A stretch of 64,000 nt of DNA. It comes from an uncultured delta proteobacterium (GTDB lineage Bacteria; Desulfobacterota; Binatia; UBA9968). The notes under the pieces are model-generated. The model searched no databases. It worked only from the letters and a program-made list of their open reading frames with translations, and had not been told where the DNA came from. Where the stretch lies: positions 32,001 through 96,000 of the forward strand of contig CAVTUQ010000026.1 in assembly GCA_963737905.1 (NCBI GenBank), written 5' to 3'. Position numbers and translations under genes: made by a program. The first letter of the stretch is position 1. Each line of letters starts with the position of its first letter. Positions 41,272 to 51,412 of this stretch are shown here, piece by piece.

Positions 41272-41730
41272 GTGATGAAAAAGATTACGTTGCAGAACTA
41301 CGTGACTGACAAATACTATCCCAAGATAGTCAAAGCTGTCGACAACGAGTTAAAGTCTCAAAACTTTGTCGCACCGATCCGGGTATTTGTCTCGATGGGA
41401 TTGCTTGACGCGCAGGACATCGATAACTGGCGAAAAGGACGGGTGCCATACCTAGAGAAGGCCATAAGATGTAATCTCGCAAAAGCCAGTCGCATTCTGC
41501 GAATTCTTCGATTCCATGCTCACGACTTGAATCTCAAACCGTCCGTTACTGTATACCGGAGGAGAACTGCCGGCGGCAAGATCGATCTACGATTTTCCAA
41601 ATACGGGGAGAAAAATATCGAGGAGGCGTATTCGAGGCATTTTGTTATGCTGGGCAAGTCAAGCGCGATAACAGCTTCAGCAAGGAGCGTCAGGCCGACT
41701 CTTATAGCCAGCGCGGGAGAGTCTTCATGA
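41272..41730 (+). CDS. Conserved-looking basic hypothetical protein
   Basis: 152-aa ORF with WRKGRVPYLE, LKPSVTVY, LRFSKYG..IEEAYSRHF; overlaps the next gene (ATGA). Confidence 0.7.
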   Translation: MMKKITLQNYVTDKYYPKIVKAVDNELKSQNFVAPIRVFVSMGLLDAQDIDNWRKGRVPYLEKAIRCNLAKASRILRILRFHAHDLNLKPSVTVYRRRTAGGKIDLRFSKYGEKNIEEAYSRHFVMLGKSSAITASARSVRPTLIASAGESS

Positions 41731-42683
41731 GGAAGACCTGTGTAACGTTGCTTACGGGTTTTCTTGTCGCCGCCTCGGTCCATGCCGCCGACAAAATTAG
41801 AATCACTGTCTCCGGACTGAGCGGCCAGTTTATGACTTTTCCTTTGGCGCAGAAAAGGGGTTTCCTCAAAGAAGAAGGGATCGAGGCCGAGATTATTCGT
41901 ATCACCGGCGCTGCCTCCAGAGCTGCCTTAAGCAGTGGCGAAGTGGATTATGGTACTGGCCTTGGCAGCAATATCGGAGGCGCGATGACGGGATTGCCGA
42001 TCAAGGTGGTCGCTTGCTACGTGCCGGCACCGGTGCTCGCCCTGGTTGCGCGGCCCCAGTTCAAATCGGTCCATGACCTCAAGGGCAAGACGGTCGGAAT
42101 TCTTGTCTTCGGGGGCGTTGCTCATTTTGCGGCGCGGACTATCGCCAAGCACTTTGGTTTAGACTCGGAAAAGGATATGAAGTTTATCGCTGTCGGTCCA
42201 GTAGAGGCGCGTTTTGCGGCGCTAACGCAGGGTTTGATTGATGCGACTCTGCTTGCTCCTCCTTTAGATTCCGAGGCAAAAAAACGGGGCTTTAACGTTC
42301 TTGCCAGGGCGGATGAAATCTTCATCTTCCCCGAGACCGGGCTTGTATCAGGCGTGAAGAAAATCCATGACAAACCGGATGAGGTCAAGCGGGCCATTCG
42401 CGCGGGGATCAAGGCCACCCGCTACATTCGAAGCAATCGTGACGGAACCATTCAGTTTATAATGGAGTGGCTGAAGGTGAATAAAGATGTCGCCACAGCC
42501 ACCTATGACGGGGTGTCCAAAGTCTACAATGACGATGCGGGCGTATGCGAAAAGGGACTTCGCCTGGTGATCGATGAGACGAGGAAAACCTTGAAGATCA
42601 ACCGAGAAGTCCCGCTCGCCGATGTTGCCGATCTCTCGATTCTGAGGGAGGCGCAGAAGGAGTTGAGAACCAAGCCAGAGTAG
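41727..42683 (+). CDS. NitT/TauT-type ABC solute-binding protein
   Basis: Signal peptide ending VHA-AD, GFLKEEGIEAE, DLKGKTVG, DLSILREAQKEL. Confidence 0.9.
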   Translation: MRKTCVTLLTGFLVAASVHAADKIRITVSGLSGQFMTFPLAQKRGFLKEEGIEAEIIRITGAASRAALSSGEVDYGTGLGSNIGGAMTGLPIKVVACYVPAPVLALVARPQFKSVHDLKGKTVGILVFGGVAHFAARTIAKHFGLDSEKDMKFIAVGPVEARFAALTQGLIDATLLAPPLDSEAKKRGFNVLARADEIFIFPETGLVSGVKKIHDKPDEVKRAIRAGIKATRYIRSNRDGTIQFIMEWLKVNKDVATATYDGVSKVYNDDAGVCEKGLRLVIDETRKTLKINREVPLADVADLSILREAQKELRTKPE

Positions 42684-42711
42684 TGCGAGCTCAGCAAAAA
42701 CGGAGGTGAAT

Positions 42712-43170
42712 ATGAGGGACAAGGCGATTGTCTTCGAGCCAGGCGAGGGCAAAGTGCTTAGCGCCCGAGGAAGCACGATGTTCTTCAAAGCCACTCACGC
42801 CAGCACGAACGGGGCGTTTTCGTTCATGGAACGCACGCTCCCTCCGAGCGGCAGGAAGCCGCCGCCTCACATTCATACCGATTGTGAAGAAGCCTTCTAC
42901 GTGCTCGATGGAGAAATAGAATTCTTTCTTGGTGACGACACGATTATCGGCCGGCCTGGATCGTTTGTGTTGGTGCCGGGAGGCGTCTCGCATACCTTTG
43001 GCAATGCGGCCGCGGCGCCTGCCCGCCTGCTGGTCATTCATGCGCCGGCGATGGACGCTTACTTTGAAGAATTGCAGACGCTGTGGTCCGGGCAACTTCC
43101 CCCCAGTCCGGCAGACGAGAGAGCGCTGATGAAACGGCACGGCATGGAGCCAGGGGCAATCAAAAAGTAA
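42712..43170 (+). CDS. Cupin domain protein
   Basis: PPPHIHTDCEEAFYVLDG, VPGGVSHTF. Confidence 0.9.
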   Translation: MRDKAIVFEPGEGKVLSARGSTMFFKATHASTNGAFSFMERTLPPSGRKPPPHIHTDCEEAFYVLDGEIEFFLGDDTIIGRPGSFVLVPGGVSHTFGNAAAAPARLLVIHAPAMDAYFEELQTLWSGQLPPSPADERALMKRHGMEPGAIKK

Positions 43171-43176
43171 AGGGGA

Positions 43177-43491
43177 TCACGTTCCGTCTCTTCTGCCGGG
43201 TGCGCCCAGCGCTTTCCAGTACTCCAGTATGCCGACCATGCCGGCAAAGCGCACGAGCAGAAATGGGTGCAGGCCTAGTCGATAAAGCTTAGGCATATCC
43301 CGCTCACGAAGGGCGTCGATCTCGGCTTGGCTGAAGCGATATTTAGCCGCCACTTTATCCGGCTCGTGATCAAGTTGGCGGACGATATCTTTATCTCGAA
43401 TCATATCGCTGACAAAGATATTGAGATTGGTCGTTAGGTGCCTCGCCTCGTCGATGAAACTGCGCAGCGTATCTTGCCCCTTCTGAGTCAT
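43177..43491 (-). CDS. LigA-like small subunit of a type II extradiol dioxygenase
   Basis: AEIDALRERDMPKLYRLGLHPFLL; ATGA-coupled to the upstream LigB-like gene. Confidence 0.75.
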   Translation of the reverse strand: MTQKGQDTLRSFIDEARHLTTNLNIFVSDMIRDKDIVRQLDHEPDKVAAKYRFSQAEIDALRERDMPKLYRLGLHPFLLVRFAGMVGILEYWKALGAPGRRDGT

Positions 43492-44411
43492 CGAAGCTCC
43501 CAGTAGGCGTACCCGAGACCGATGTGCCAAAGCCGAACATACTCGACGATGGTGGCCTTGACGTCGTCCCCGATGATTCCGGCGGCGATGATCCAGTTTA
43601 CCAATTCCCCATTGCCCTTGCGAAGTATCTCTTCGGGTGACATTACCGCTAACGCTTTTGCTTCGCCCCTGGACAATAGATCGAGCACATGGTTATCGAA
43701 TTCTTCGTCGACCTCGCCATATAGCGGCGTGCCGGGAAAGTGCGACATGCCGCCGGTGGCTTGTACGAGCACTTTGCGCTCCGACCCGTCGATGATTTTT
43801 CTAATGGCTTTGCCGAGCTCGTAGCAACGCCGCGGGTGAGGAATCGGCGGCACGTAACCATTGGTGAACAGCAGCATGATCGACTTATCGGCTTTAGGAT
43901 TCAAAAAATTCTGTGTCAGCACCAACTCCCCGTCCATAGTGTCGTTAGTGGTAAAGGGCATGTCGAAACCCATCGCGAGCAGCTCTTTGAGCATGCAGAC
44001 ACTCAGCTCTTCGTCGACTCGGTAGACGTAGGGCTTGTCGCCGCCTTCCCAGTCGGAGACGTGCTGCGGCATCCCAGCGGGCGCCGACCCGTAGGAAGTC
44101 TTGCCCTGGTATTTCTTGTACACAGCGCCGGTGATTGTCTCGATCTCCGCGGGATCAATAACGCCACTGCCCTTGGCTTCTTTACCGATCAGAAGACAGA
44201 AGGGCGGATAGCAGCGGAAATCAAAATTAACGAAGTGGTCATCGTGAATGACCAGCATCGTGTCCGCGCCCGACTTCTCGACCTGCTCGCGCAAGACGCC
44301 AAGTGCTCTTCTGCCTCGCGCGACTTTCGCTTTGTAATCTTCGTTTTCCGCCGGCCGCGTGAATAATTGCAAATGCGAGTGAGGAGCGGCTACGGCACCG
44401 ACAAATGGCAT
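43488..44411 (-). CDS. LigB-family extradiol ring-cleavage dioxygenase, catalytic subunit
   Basis: APH, DDHFVNF, PHPRRCYELG, TGGMSH, DEEFD, GNGELVNW. Confidence 0.88.
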   Translation of the reverse strand: MPFVGAVAAPHSHLQLFTRPAENEDYKAKVARGRRALGVLREQVEKSGADTMLVIHDDHFVNFDFRCYPPFCLLIGKEAKGSGVIDPAEIETITGAVYKKYQGKTSYGSAPAGMPQHVSDWEGGDKPYVYRVDEELSVCMLKELLAMGFDMPFTTNDTMDGELVLTQNFLNPKADKSIMLLFTNGYVPPIPHPRRCYELGKAIRKIIDGSERKVLVQATGGMSHFPGTPLYGEVDEEFDNHVLDLLSRGEAKALAVMSPEEILRKGNGELVNWIIAAGIIGDDVKATIVEYVRLWHIGLGYAYWELR

Positions 44412-44622
44412 GACTTTCGTTTACCTCTCGGTCTGGGCTGCAAAACAACGAAGTCGCGGCGGACCGCAAAATTCCCCCGGCACCCGAAAACATTACGCAT
44501 TGATGCCGTAAAATTTCAAGCCGTTATCCCACATTTCTTGGCGGGAAAATTCTTGCGTCGCCTTGAGAAAATCCGAGTCGCATCACCGCAAAGGCGCACG
44601 AAGAGGAGGAGGCGTGGGTTAT

Positions 44623-44698
44623 TCTTTCCATTGAAGTAGTCGGCGTTTATCCGGGTAAATTCTTTCCACTTCTCCGGAACTTCATTCTCCGGAAAAAT
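44623..44698 (-). pseudogene. 3' remnant of a 7Fe/FdxA-type ferredoxin
   Basis: IFPENEVPEKWKEFTRINADYF is the typical C-terminus; no Cys motifs upstream. Confidence 0.65.
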
Positions 44699-44896
44699 CA
44701 AAAGTCAGTTTCACCTTACTGAATTGGATTCATAACTCACGTTTGTCGCAAAAAAATAGAAAGTCTCCCTTTGTAAAGGGAGATTTGGAGGATTTTCATC
44801 GACACGACTTTGACGAGACCCTGAGTCGGAGCATGAGGCCCGAGTATCACTTCCAGGCCTACGTGGATCGTTGGCGAGAGCAAGATAGGTCGATTG

Positions 44897-45340
44897 TCAG
44901 GAGGTGGTTCTTATCCTGATTTTCTTTCGCTGCGATGCGGCGCGCAAATTCCCCGAGCGGTGCGGAATCGTCACGATGGCGCTGCTGCTGCGAGTACGGC
45001 TGCTAGTTATCTGCCGGATTAAGCCGCCTCGGAGGTAGCTCGGGTCGATTCCCAACACCTCGCAAATGTTTCTGAAGGAGAAGATCCATTCGCTCTCTTC
45101 TTCCGCAGTTACCCAGTGCTTTGCCTCCTCATATTGCTTCCGCTGCCGCAGACTGCACCCGCGGAGATTCATCGACAAGCACGAAACAGCGTCCTCCAGA
45201 ATAGCCACCATGAGTCTCCGTTCGGGTTCCCGGTACTGGCTATTTTTGAACATAGCGTAGAACTGCGCCGGCAAGATCGCGTCGGGTTCGAACAGCTTCC
45301 CGGTATCGTGCATCGCAAGCACGCTGGCAGACATCGTCAT
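44897..45340 (-). CDS. Conserved hypothetical protein (PERRLMVAILEDA / FSFRNICEVLGID)
   Basis: GGAAGGA RBS, clean ORF with basic C-terminus, divergent from nhaR. Confidence 0.75.
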   Translation of the reverse strand: MTMSASVLAMHDTGKLFEPDAILPAQFYAMFKNSQYREPERRLMVAILEDAVSCLSMNLRGCSLRQRKQYEEAKHWVTAEEESEWIFSFRNICEVLGIDPSYLRGGLIRQITSSRTRSSSAIVTIPHRSGNLRAASQRKKIRIRTTS

Positions 45341-45466
45341 ATTCTCTTTCCTTCCCCCATTCCGTGGGAAAAACTCACTGCAGAACAACATAGGCCTTGG
45401 GTGGTTTGTTAGACAAATTCATAATTTCTCATTGATTCATAGAAATAATCGAACTATCATCGCTTG

Positions 45467-46366
45467 ATGGAATGGCTAAATTACCATCATCTGCTTTACT
45501 TCTGGACCGTTGCGCGAATCGGTAGCGTTTCGCGCGCGAGCGCTGAACTCCGGCTTACCCAAGCGACCGTGAGTGCCCAGCTTAAATCATTGGAACAGTC
45601 ACTGGGCGAAAAACTTTTTCACAAGAGTGGAAGACATCTGGTTCTAACGGATACCGGAAAGTTGGTGTTTCGCTATGCGGAGGAGATTTTTTCGCTGGGG
45701 CAGGAGTTGATGGGCACGCTTAAGGGCCGTCCCCAGGGTAGATTGGCTCGAGTGAACGTCGGGGTTACGGAGGTTATGCCGAAATTAGTTGCCTATCAAT
45801 TGATCGAACCGGCGCTCAAGTTGAAAGACCCGTACAGGATTATTTGTCGAGAAGGCAATAATAGTGAATTGCTGGCGGCCCTGGCCGTGCATGATATCGA
45901 CGTGATGCTAAGCGATGGACCCATCGATCCGGCTGTTAACGTAAAGGCTTTCAACCATCTCCTCGGCGAGTGCAGCGTGATATTGTTTGGCGCTCCCCAG
46001 TTGGCAGCCAAATACCGCGCCGGATTTCCGCAGTCACTTGACGGCGCTCCTTTTTTGCTCCCTACCTCTAACACCACGGCCCGCCGCTCGCTAGACGAGT
46101 GGTTTGAATCGAAAAACATCCGGCCGGCAATCGTTGCGGAGTTTGAAGACAGCGCCCTAATGAAGGTCTTTGGCCAGCGGGGGTTGGGGCTCTTTGTTGT
46201 TTCTTCGGTGATCACCGCCGAGGTCCAGCGACAATACGACGTCAAGATGATTGGTCGATTGGAGGGTGTCACCGAGCGATACTATGCAATCTCGCTTGAT
46301 CGGAAGCTGAAGCATCCGGCCGTTGTGGCGATCTCAGACGGTGCCCGAGCTAGACTCGGTGGCTGA
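45467..46366 (+). CDS. nhaR: LysR-family transcriptional activator, NhaR-like
   Basis: MEWLNYHHLLYFW, FNHLLGEC, AEFEDSALMKVFG, RKLKHPAVVAI. Confidence 0.9.
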   Translation: MEWLNYHHLLYFWTVARIGSVSRASAELRLTQATVSAQLKSLEQSLGEKLFHKSGRHLVLTDTGKLVFRYAEEIFSLGQELMGTLKGRPQGRLARVNVGVTEVMPKLVAYQLIEPALKLKDPYRIICREGNNSELLAALAVHDIDVMLSDGPIDPAVNVKAFNHLLGECSVILFGAPQLAAKYRAGFPQSLDGAPFLLPTSNTTARRSLDEWFESKNIRPAIVAEFEDSALMKVFGQRGLGLFVVSSVITAEVQRQYDVKMIGRLEGVTERYYAISLDRKLKHPAVVAISDGARARLGG

Positions 46367-46398
46367 AGCGAATCTTCATCTGACTGATCCAGAAGAGA

Positions 46399-46488
46399 AC
46401 TCACCGCGGAGCCGCTGAGGGCGCAGAGTAAACAGTTCCCAATCAAGAAATACTCCGATCTCTGTGAACTCGGCATCTCTGCGGTGAA
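46399..46488. repeat. REP-like palindrome CACCGCGGAG..CTCTGCGGTG (half copy at about 47705-47735)
   Basis: Inverted arms between convergent genes. Confidence 0.7.
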
Positions 46489-46541
46489 GTAAGATTGTTG
46501 CTTTGGTTGCGGCTCCGCCGCGCTGGGAATAACGTGACGCC

Positions 46542-47669
46542 TCAACCTAGCACCGGTTGAATGTTATACAGCCGGGCGGCATTTTCGCCCAGGATACGGT
46601 CTTGGGTTTCGACGGAGAGTCCTGCCGATCGGATGCGCGAGACCGTTTGCGGCCATTTGCTGTCGCCATGCGGGTAGTCGGAAGCGTACATGATGCATTT
46701 GTCGCCGACGGTGTTGATCACCGCGGGCAGCATGATTTCTCCCGGCTCGCAGGATACCACCATGCGCCCTTCGGCAAAAAGCTCGCTCGGTTTTATGCGG
46801 CTCTTCGGCCTCTTGCGGCTCAAAACTCCATCGTACATGCGCGGGTTCTTTTCACCGCGCTCGTGCATCTCGTCCATTCTTTCAACCCAATAGGGCAGCC
46901 AGCCGCAGCCAGTTTCGAGTAAGCCGAAGCGAATTTTCGGGAAAAGATCGACGATCCCGCCGCCGACGAGAGAAACCATCGCGGTCGTTAACGTGAGCGG
47001 CATGGACACCGCTTTGGCGCCCCAGAAATGATCGAACAATTCCTGGCCGACGGTGGGGTACATTCCCGTGACGGTGTGCACTCCGACGCCGACATCGAGT
47101 TGTTGGACGGTTTCCCAGAACGGATAAAGATCGGGATGATCGAGGGTGCGCGTGCCGATGGTGCCGGGAACCATAACGCCGACGGCGCCGAGGGATTTAA
47201 CCGCGTGTTTCAATTCATCCGCGGCGGCTTTGGGATCTTGCAACGCAACGATCGCAGCGAAGCGCAAACGACCGCCGCTTTGGGCGCAGCGCTCCGAGAT
47301 CCAGGTGTTGTACGCGCGCGCGATCGCGCTGGCGAGTCCGGCGTGCTCCAGACTATTGATCGACATCAACACATTCGGGTAGATCACCTGAAGGTCGATG
47401 CCTTCGAGATCGAGATCCGCCAGCCGACCGGGGACGTTGCTGAGATCGAGATCTTTGACCGAGAGCGTCGGAGTCGAATTGGCGATGCTGCCCGGCGTGC
47501 CCGGGCCCCAGCCGAACGGCTTGGTGATAAGGCGCCCTTCGATCAGATAGAATCCGCGTCCGTCATCGAACGTGACGAAGCGCGGGCGGTTCCGATGGAA
47601 TTCTTTGTCCAAGTAGTTGTCAAAAACTGTCTGAGGAATTTGAGTATGGCCGTCGGCATCGATAATCAT
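46542..47669 (-). CDS. Amidohydrolase_2 family metal-dependent hydrolase/decarboxylase
   Basis: IDADGH, RAYNTW, LYPFWE, LETGCGW, YASDYPHGD, ILGENAARLY. Confidence 0.92.
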   Translation of the reverse strand: MIIDADGHTQIPQTVFDNYLDKEFHRNRPRFVTFDDGRGFYLIEGRLITKPFGWGPGTPGSIANSTPTLSVKDLDLSNVPGRLADLDLEGIDLQVIYPNVLMSINSLEHAGLASAIARAYNTWISERCAQSGGRLRFAAIVALQDPKAAADELKHAVKSLGAVGVMVPGTIGTRTLDHPDLYPFWETVQQLDVGVGVHTVTGMYPTVGQELFDHFWGAKAVSMPLTLTTAMVSLVGGGIVDLFPKIRFGLLETGCGWLPYWVERMDEMHERGEKNPRMYDGVLSRKRPKSRIKPSELFAEGRMVVSCEPGEIMLPAVINTVGDKCIMYASDYPHGDSKWPQTVSRIRSAGLSVETQDRILGENAARLYNIQPVLG

Positions 47670-48013
47670 AGAATCTCCCCTTTTTGTGACCTTCAAAAGC
47701 GGTACTCACCGCGGAGGCGCTGAGAGGCCGTGGAGTAAGAGTCATAAAATTTTCCTAGCCGGTTATCCCTCCGGCGTGTGAAAGTCGAATGGAATATATC
47801 GCCCGGGCAGAGAAAACGTCAACCTAACAGAGAAACTTGTCCTGCAAGTTTAGCTTGACACAAGGAGCTGTGTTTAGTTAAGAAAGTTTCTCCCGCCAAG
47901 GCGCCAAGAGCGCAAAGAAAAAAACTACTTATCCGAACTTGGCGTGCTTTGCGTCTTTGCGGGAGTCATCTTCTTCGCAGCATTTGTAATGCAACGCTAT
48001 TGGAGGACTAATT

Positions 48014-49117
48014 ATGCCGCCCGTTGAACAAGTCAAAGCCAAACGTTCTGGCGTCGGTTTGCGTGCCTGTGATTCCGACCGTGCATTTCCGGGCTTCACA
48101 TTATTCGCGCCGCAAAGTGGCGGCGGCAAGGTCTACCTCATCAATCTCGAGGGTAACGATCGTTCACACCTGGCAAATGCCTTACCCTCCCGGCAACTCG
48201 GGTTATCTCACTGAAAGGGGTACTTTTTTCTATAACGGAAAGACCAACGAAGATTCCAAACGCTTTATCAGCGGAAACCTTGGAAGGGCGGTGCTGCGCT
48301 TGAGGTCGACTGGAACGGCCGTGTACTGTGGGAGGTCCGGCAACCCGACCACCATCACGATGGCATACGGCTTCGTAACGGGAACGTGCTCCTGATTTGC
48401 CTAGCTCAATTGCCGCACGATCTCGTTCCGAAGATCAAAGGCGGTATGCCTGGCACCGAGCACAATGGGGAGATGTATGCGGACTATCTCGTCGAGATGA
48501 CCACTGCCGGTGAAGTAGTTTGGGAGTGGCGTACGTGGGAGCACCTCGATCCAGAGAAAGACTGCATTACAGCGGTACAGGATCAGCGCGAAGAGTGGAC
48601 CCATGGCAATGGTGTAGCCGAGCTGCCAAACGGCGACATCGTATTGAGTTTTCGTAACATCTCAACCGTCATCATCATCGATCGGAAAACCGACAAAATT
48701 ATCTGGAAGCTCGGTGCTCCGCCGCTATCGGGCCAACACGCCCCGATGCCACTGCCTAATGGCAACTTGCTCCTCTTCGACAACGGCCCGCATCGTTTGG
48801 ATCATACAATGCCGTTTTCGCGCATCATCGAAATTGAGTTGGCAACCAAGCAAATCGTGTGGAAGTACCAGGAGAAACGGGAGTACGAATTTTTCAGCCC
48901 GCGTATCTCCAACGCCCAGCGCTTGCCCAACGGCAACACACTCGTCTGCGAAGGCGACTTCGGCCGGCTCTTCGAGGTAACTCTCGATGGCGAATTGGTC
49001 TGGGAGTACGTGAACCCCTATTTTGGCGAAGGACCCACCGGTCTCAACAATCGCGTCTTCCGCGCCTACAGATACAGTGAAGAAGAGATCGCTAGAGCAA
49101 AGGCCACGGGAATTTGA
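48014..49117 (+). CDS. Arylsulfotransferase-family protein, paralog of 8187-9314, two frameshifts (about 48157 and 48275)
   Basis: Colinear high similarity to the 8187 protein over the full length. Confidence 0.85.
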
Positions 49118-49159
49118 TTTCGTTTCGCATAAAGGCATTAGATAGGCTACGCTTTACTC

Positions 49160-49408
49160 ATGCGTGTCTCGGTCACCATAGAAGATGATGTTGCCGCGTC
49201 GCTCAAACGCCTTGCGAAAGCGCTCGGCTTAAGGTTCAAGACCTTAGTCAATCTGGTGCTCAGAGAAGGTATTAAGAGCATGACCGGGCCGGTGAAAAAG
49301 CGAAAAACTTTTCAGACGCGTTCGGTCGACCTTGGGCCATGCAGGATTGCCAATGTGGATAACCTTGCGAAAGTCCTTGCAAGAACCGAGGGTGAATCGT
49401 TTAGATGA
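49160..49408 (+). CDS. VapB-like antitoxin
   Basis: MRVSVTIEDDVAASL..FKTLVNLVLREG..SVDLG. Confidence 0.8.
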   Translation: MRVSVTIEDDVAASLKRLAKALGLRFKTLVNLVLREGIKSMTGPVKKRKTFQTRSVDLGPCRIANVDNLAKVLARTEGESFR

Positions 49409-49561
49409 TCCTTTCGCCGGCCTCCGGGAATGCAAGCGAACTTGGTGCCGGATGCCCATCTTGCTTCGCTGGCTATTGAGCACGGATTGATCCTCTGCTC
49501 CACCCACGGCGACTTCGGCCGTTTTCGAAATCTCCGCTGGCAAAATCCGCTTTCGGCTTAA
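49405..49561 (+). pseudogene. VapC PIN toxin with a large internal deletion
   Basis: Coupled start MIL, then only the C-terminus NLVPDAHLASLAIEHGLILCSTHGDFGRFRNLRWQNPL. Confidence 0.8.
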
Positions 49562-49674
49562 GGCGTCGCCGCGATTTACCAACCTCGCTTTTGAAAATAA
49601 CTGGTCGATGGCCCAGTTAGAGTAACTGTTAACATGCGGTTAAATTACGCGGTATTTTAACCACATGCTGAAGG

Positions 49675-50142
49675 TTACGCGGACTTCGCCCGTATCACTA
49701 GATCAACGTCGCACTCCAGGAGTTGGAGCAAAGACACGAGCTGATCGAGTGACTTCTTGTAGTTAGTTTGATCGAGCAGCCGATAGAGTTGAGTCGCAGA
49801 AGTACCTAGCCTCCGAATGATCTCGCGCTTGGAAAGTGGGCTATCAGCGATACGCCTTTGAGCTTCCAGTGTTAGTTTATAGAGCATGAGATCTCTTAGA
49901 TAATGGGATCTCGATTGTATTCCAATACCTGTTCTATGTGGACGGTTCCGGTCTTTCCCGATTGAAGTTCGTAGGTGAATCCCTCGCCGCCAATATCTTT
50001 GTCCACATACACCCGGACTAACTGGATCATCCGATGTCGGACTTGGCCTGGCTTTGACGTACGGAAAAACGTATGTCTTTCCGGATGCCCTGGCTTCGAA
50101 GCCCTTCCTTTTATTGTTGTATCTTACAGACCTAATCTTCGT
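49675..50142 (-). pseudogene. HTH-containing antitoxin-like hypothetical protein, ACG at the expected start and one frameshift
   Basis: KIRSVRYNNKRKGFE...GFTYELQSG..HIEQVLEYNRDP..SKREIIRRLGTSATQLYRLLD. Confidence 0.65.
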
Positions 50143-50950
50143 AGCAGACGCTGCTTCAGCCTATCGGCCTCTGCGATGGCGAAGTCTTTCGTAATTGCGG
50201 CACATTCCGCTTGGATCGCTAGGTCTGCAGCCATTCTTGCGATAACCGGCTCAAAGGCACGTCCCCGCCGCTTGCCACGGATCGTTTTCTGGACGACTTT
50301 GCGGAACGTTTTCGGTTTCACTGTCACACCCCACGCACAAAGTAACCGAATACGTCGAGTTGTCGATCTTCCCCCACAGCAGTAAGTGAATCGCTCCAGC
50401 AGCAGCTCCGAGATATCAAAAAGACCTCGGATGACCTTTCCCCAAGTCGTCGCCCCCCGGACGATCTCATAAACGCGATAGTCTCGGGTTGTGCTGCTGT
50501 GGTAAATGAAGCGCTCAAATCTTCCGAGGAAGGAGAACATCTAATGGAAAAACTTTCTCGGTATTGATCTGCCTAAGAGGGTATCACAGCTAGCTGCGCA
50601 GAGAGAAATCAAACCCGCGTCGCAGCTTCGGTTCGCCAAGGATACCGTCACGGTCGAGAAGGGCTTAAAGCAATTACCGCAGGGAAGCGATTACATTTGA
50701 GGCGACAGCTCGTGGTGGTGGTTTGCCAAGATTTTCTGTCACCGGTCCTTGTTTGCCTCTTACCCTAAACCCAACTCTACTTGGAGAGAAGCGGATGATT
50801 GACCTGAAAGCTCCGCCTAACAGGAGGGTTTTTCTCCCATTCCTCGAAGGAGACATTAAACCCATGGGTATCGGTGCCCTGCACGCAAGTGATTCTACCG
50901 CGCGATCAGATTTGCCACTACCACTTATCTCACATAGGATAATATCAACC

Positions 50951-51412
50951 GTGAAGCTTTACCTCGATACTTCGGTTCTGGGCGCTGTGTTCGACACAAA
51001 ACCTATTGGCCGCCGTGAAACGACTCAGCTATTTTTTGAAACCGTACGAAGAAGTAGCGACACTTTGTATATCTCGGATTTGGTGCTGGACGAAGTTGAT
51101 CGGGCTCCCGATCGTGTACGTTTTTCGCTGATGACGCTTGTGCGACAAATTCGGCCGCTGGTGCTTTCCGAATCTCGCGACAGCTTGTCGTTGGCCGACG
51201 AGTACGTCGCGGCACGCGTGATTCCGGTAAGCTCGCGCGACGACGCGAGGCATGTCGCGATCGCTACTCTTGCCGGGAACGACGCGCTGGTCTCGTGGAA
51301 TTTTAGGCATTTGGTGAATCTAAGAAGAAAACGACTGGTTCATTCGGTGAACATTCGACTCGGATACCCACTGATCGAACTGGTTTCTCCCGAGGAGGTT
51401 CTTTATGAGTAA
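50951..51412 (+). CDS. PIN-domain protein
   Basis: LYLDTSV, ISDLVLDE, DARHVAIA, LVSWNFRHLVN. Confidence 0.9.
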   Translation: MKLYLDTSVLGAVFDTKPIGRRETTQLFFETVRRSSDTLYISDLVLDEVDRAPDRVRFSLMTLVRQIRPLVLSESRDSLSLADEYVAARVIPVSSRDDARHVAIATLAGNDALVSWNFRHLVNLRRKRLVHSVNIRLGYPLIELVSPEEVLYE

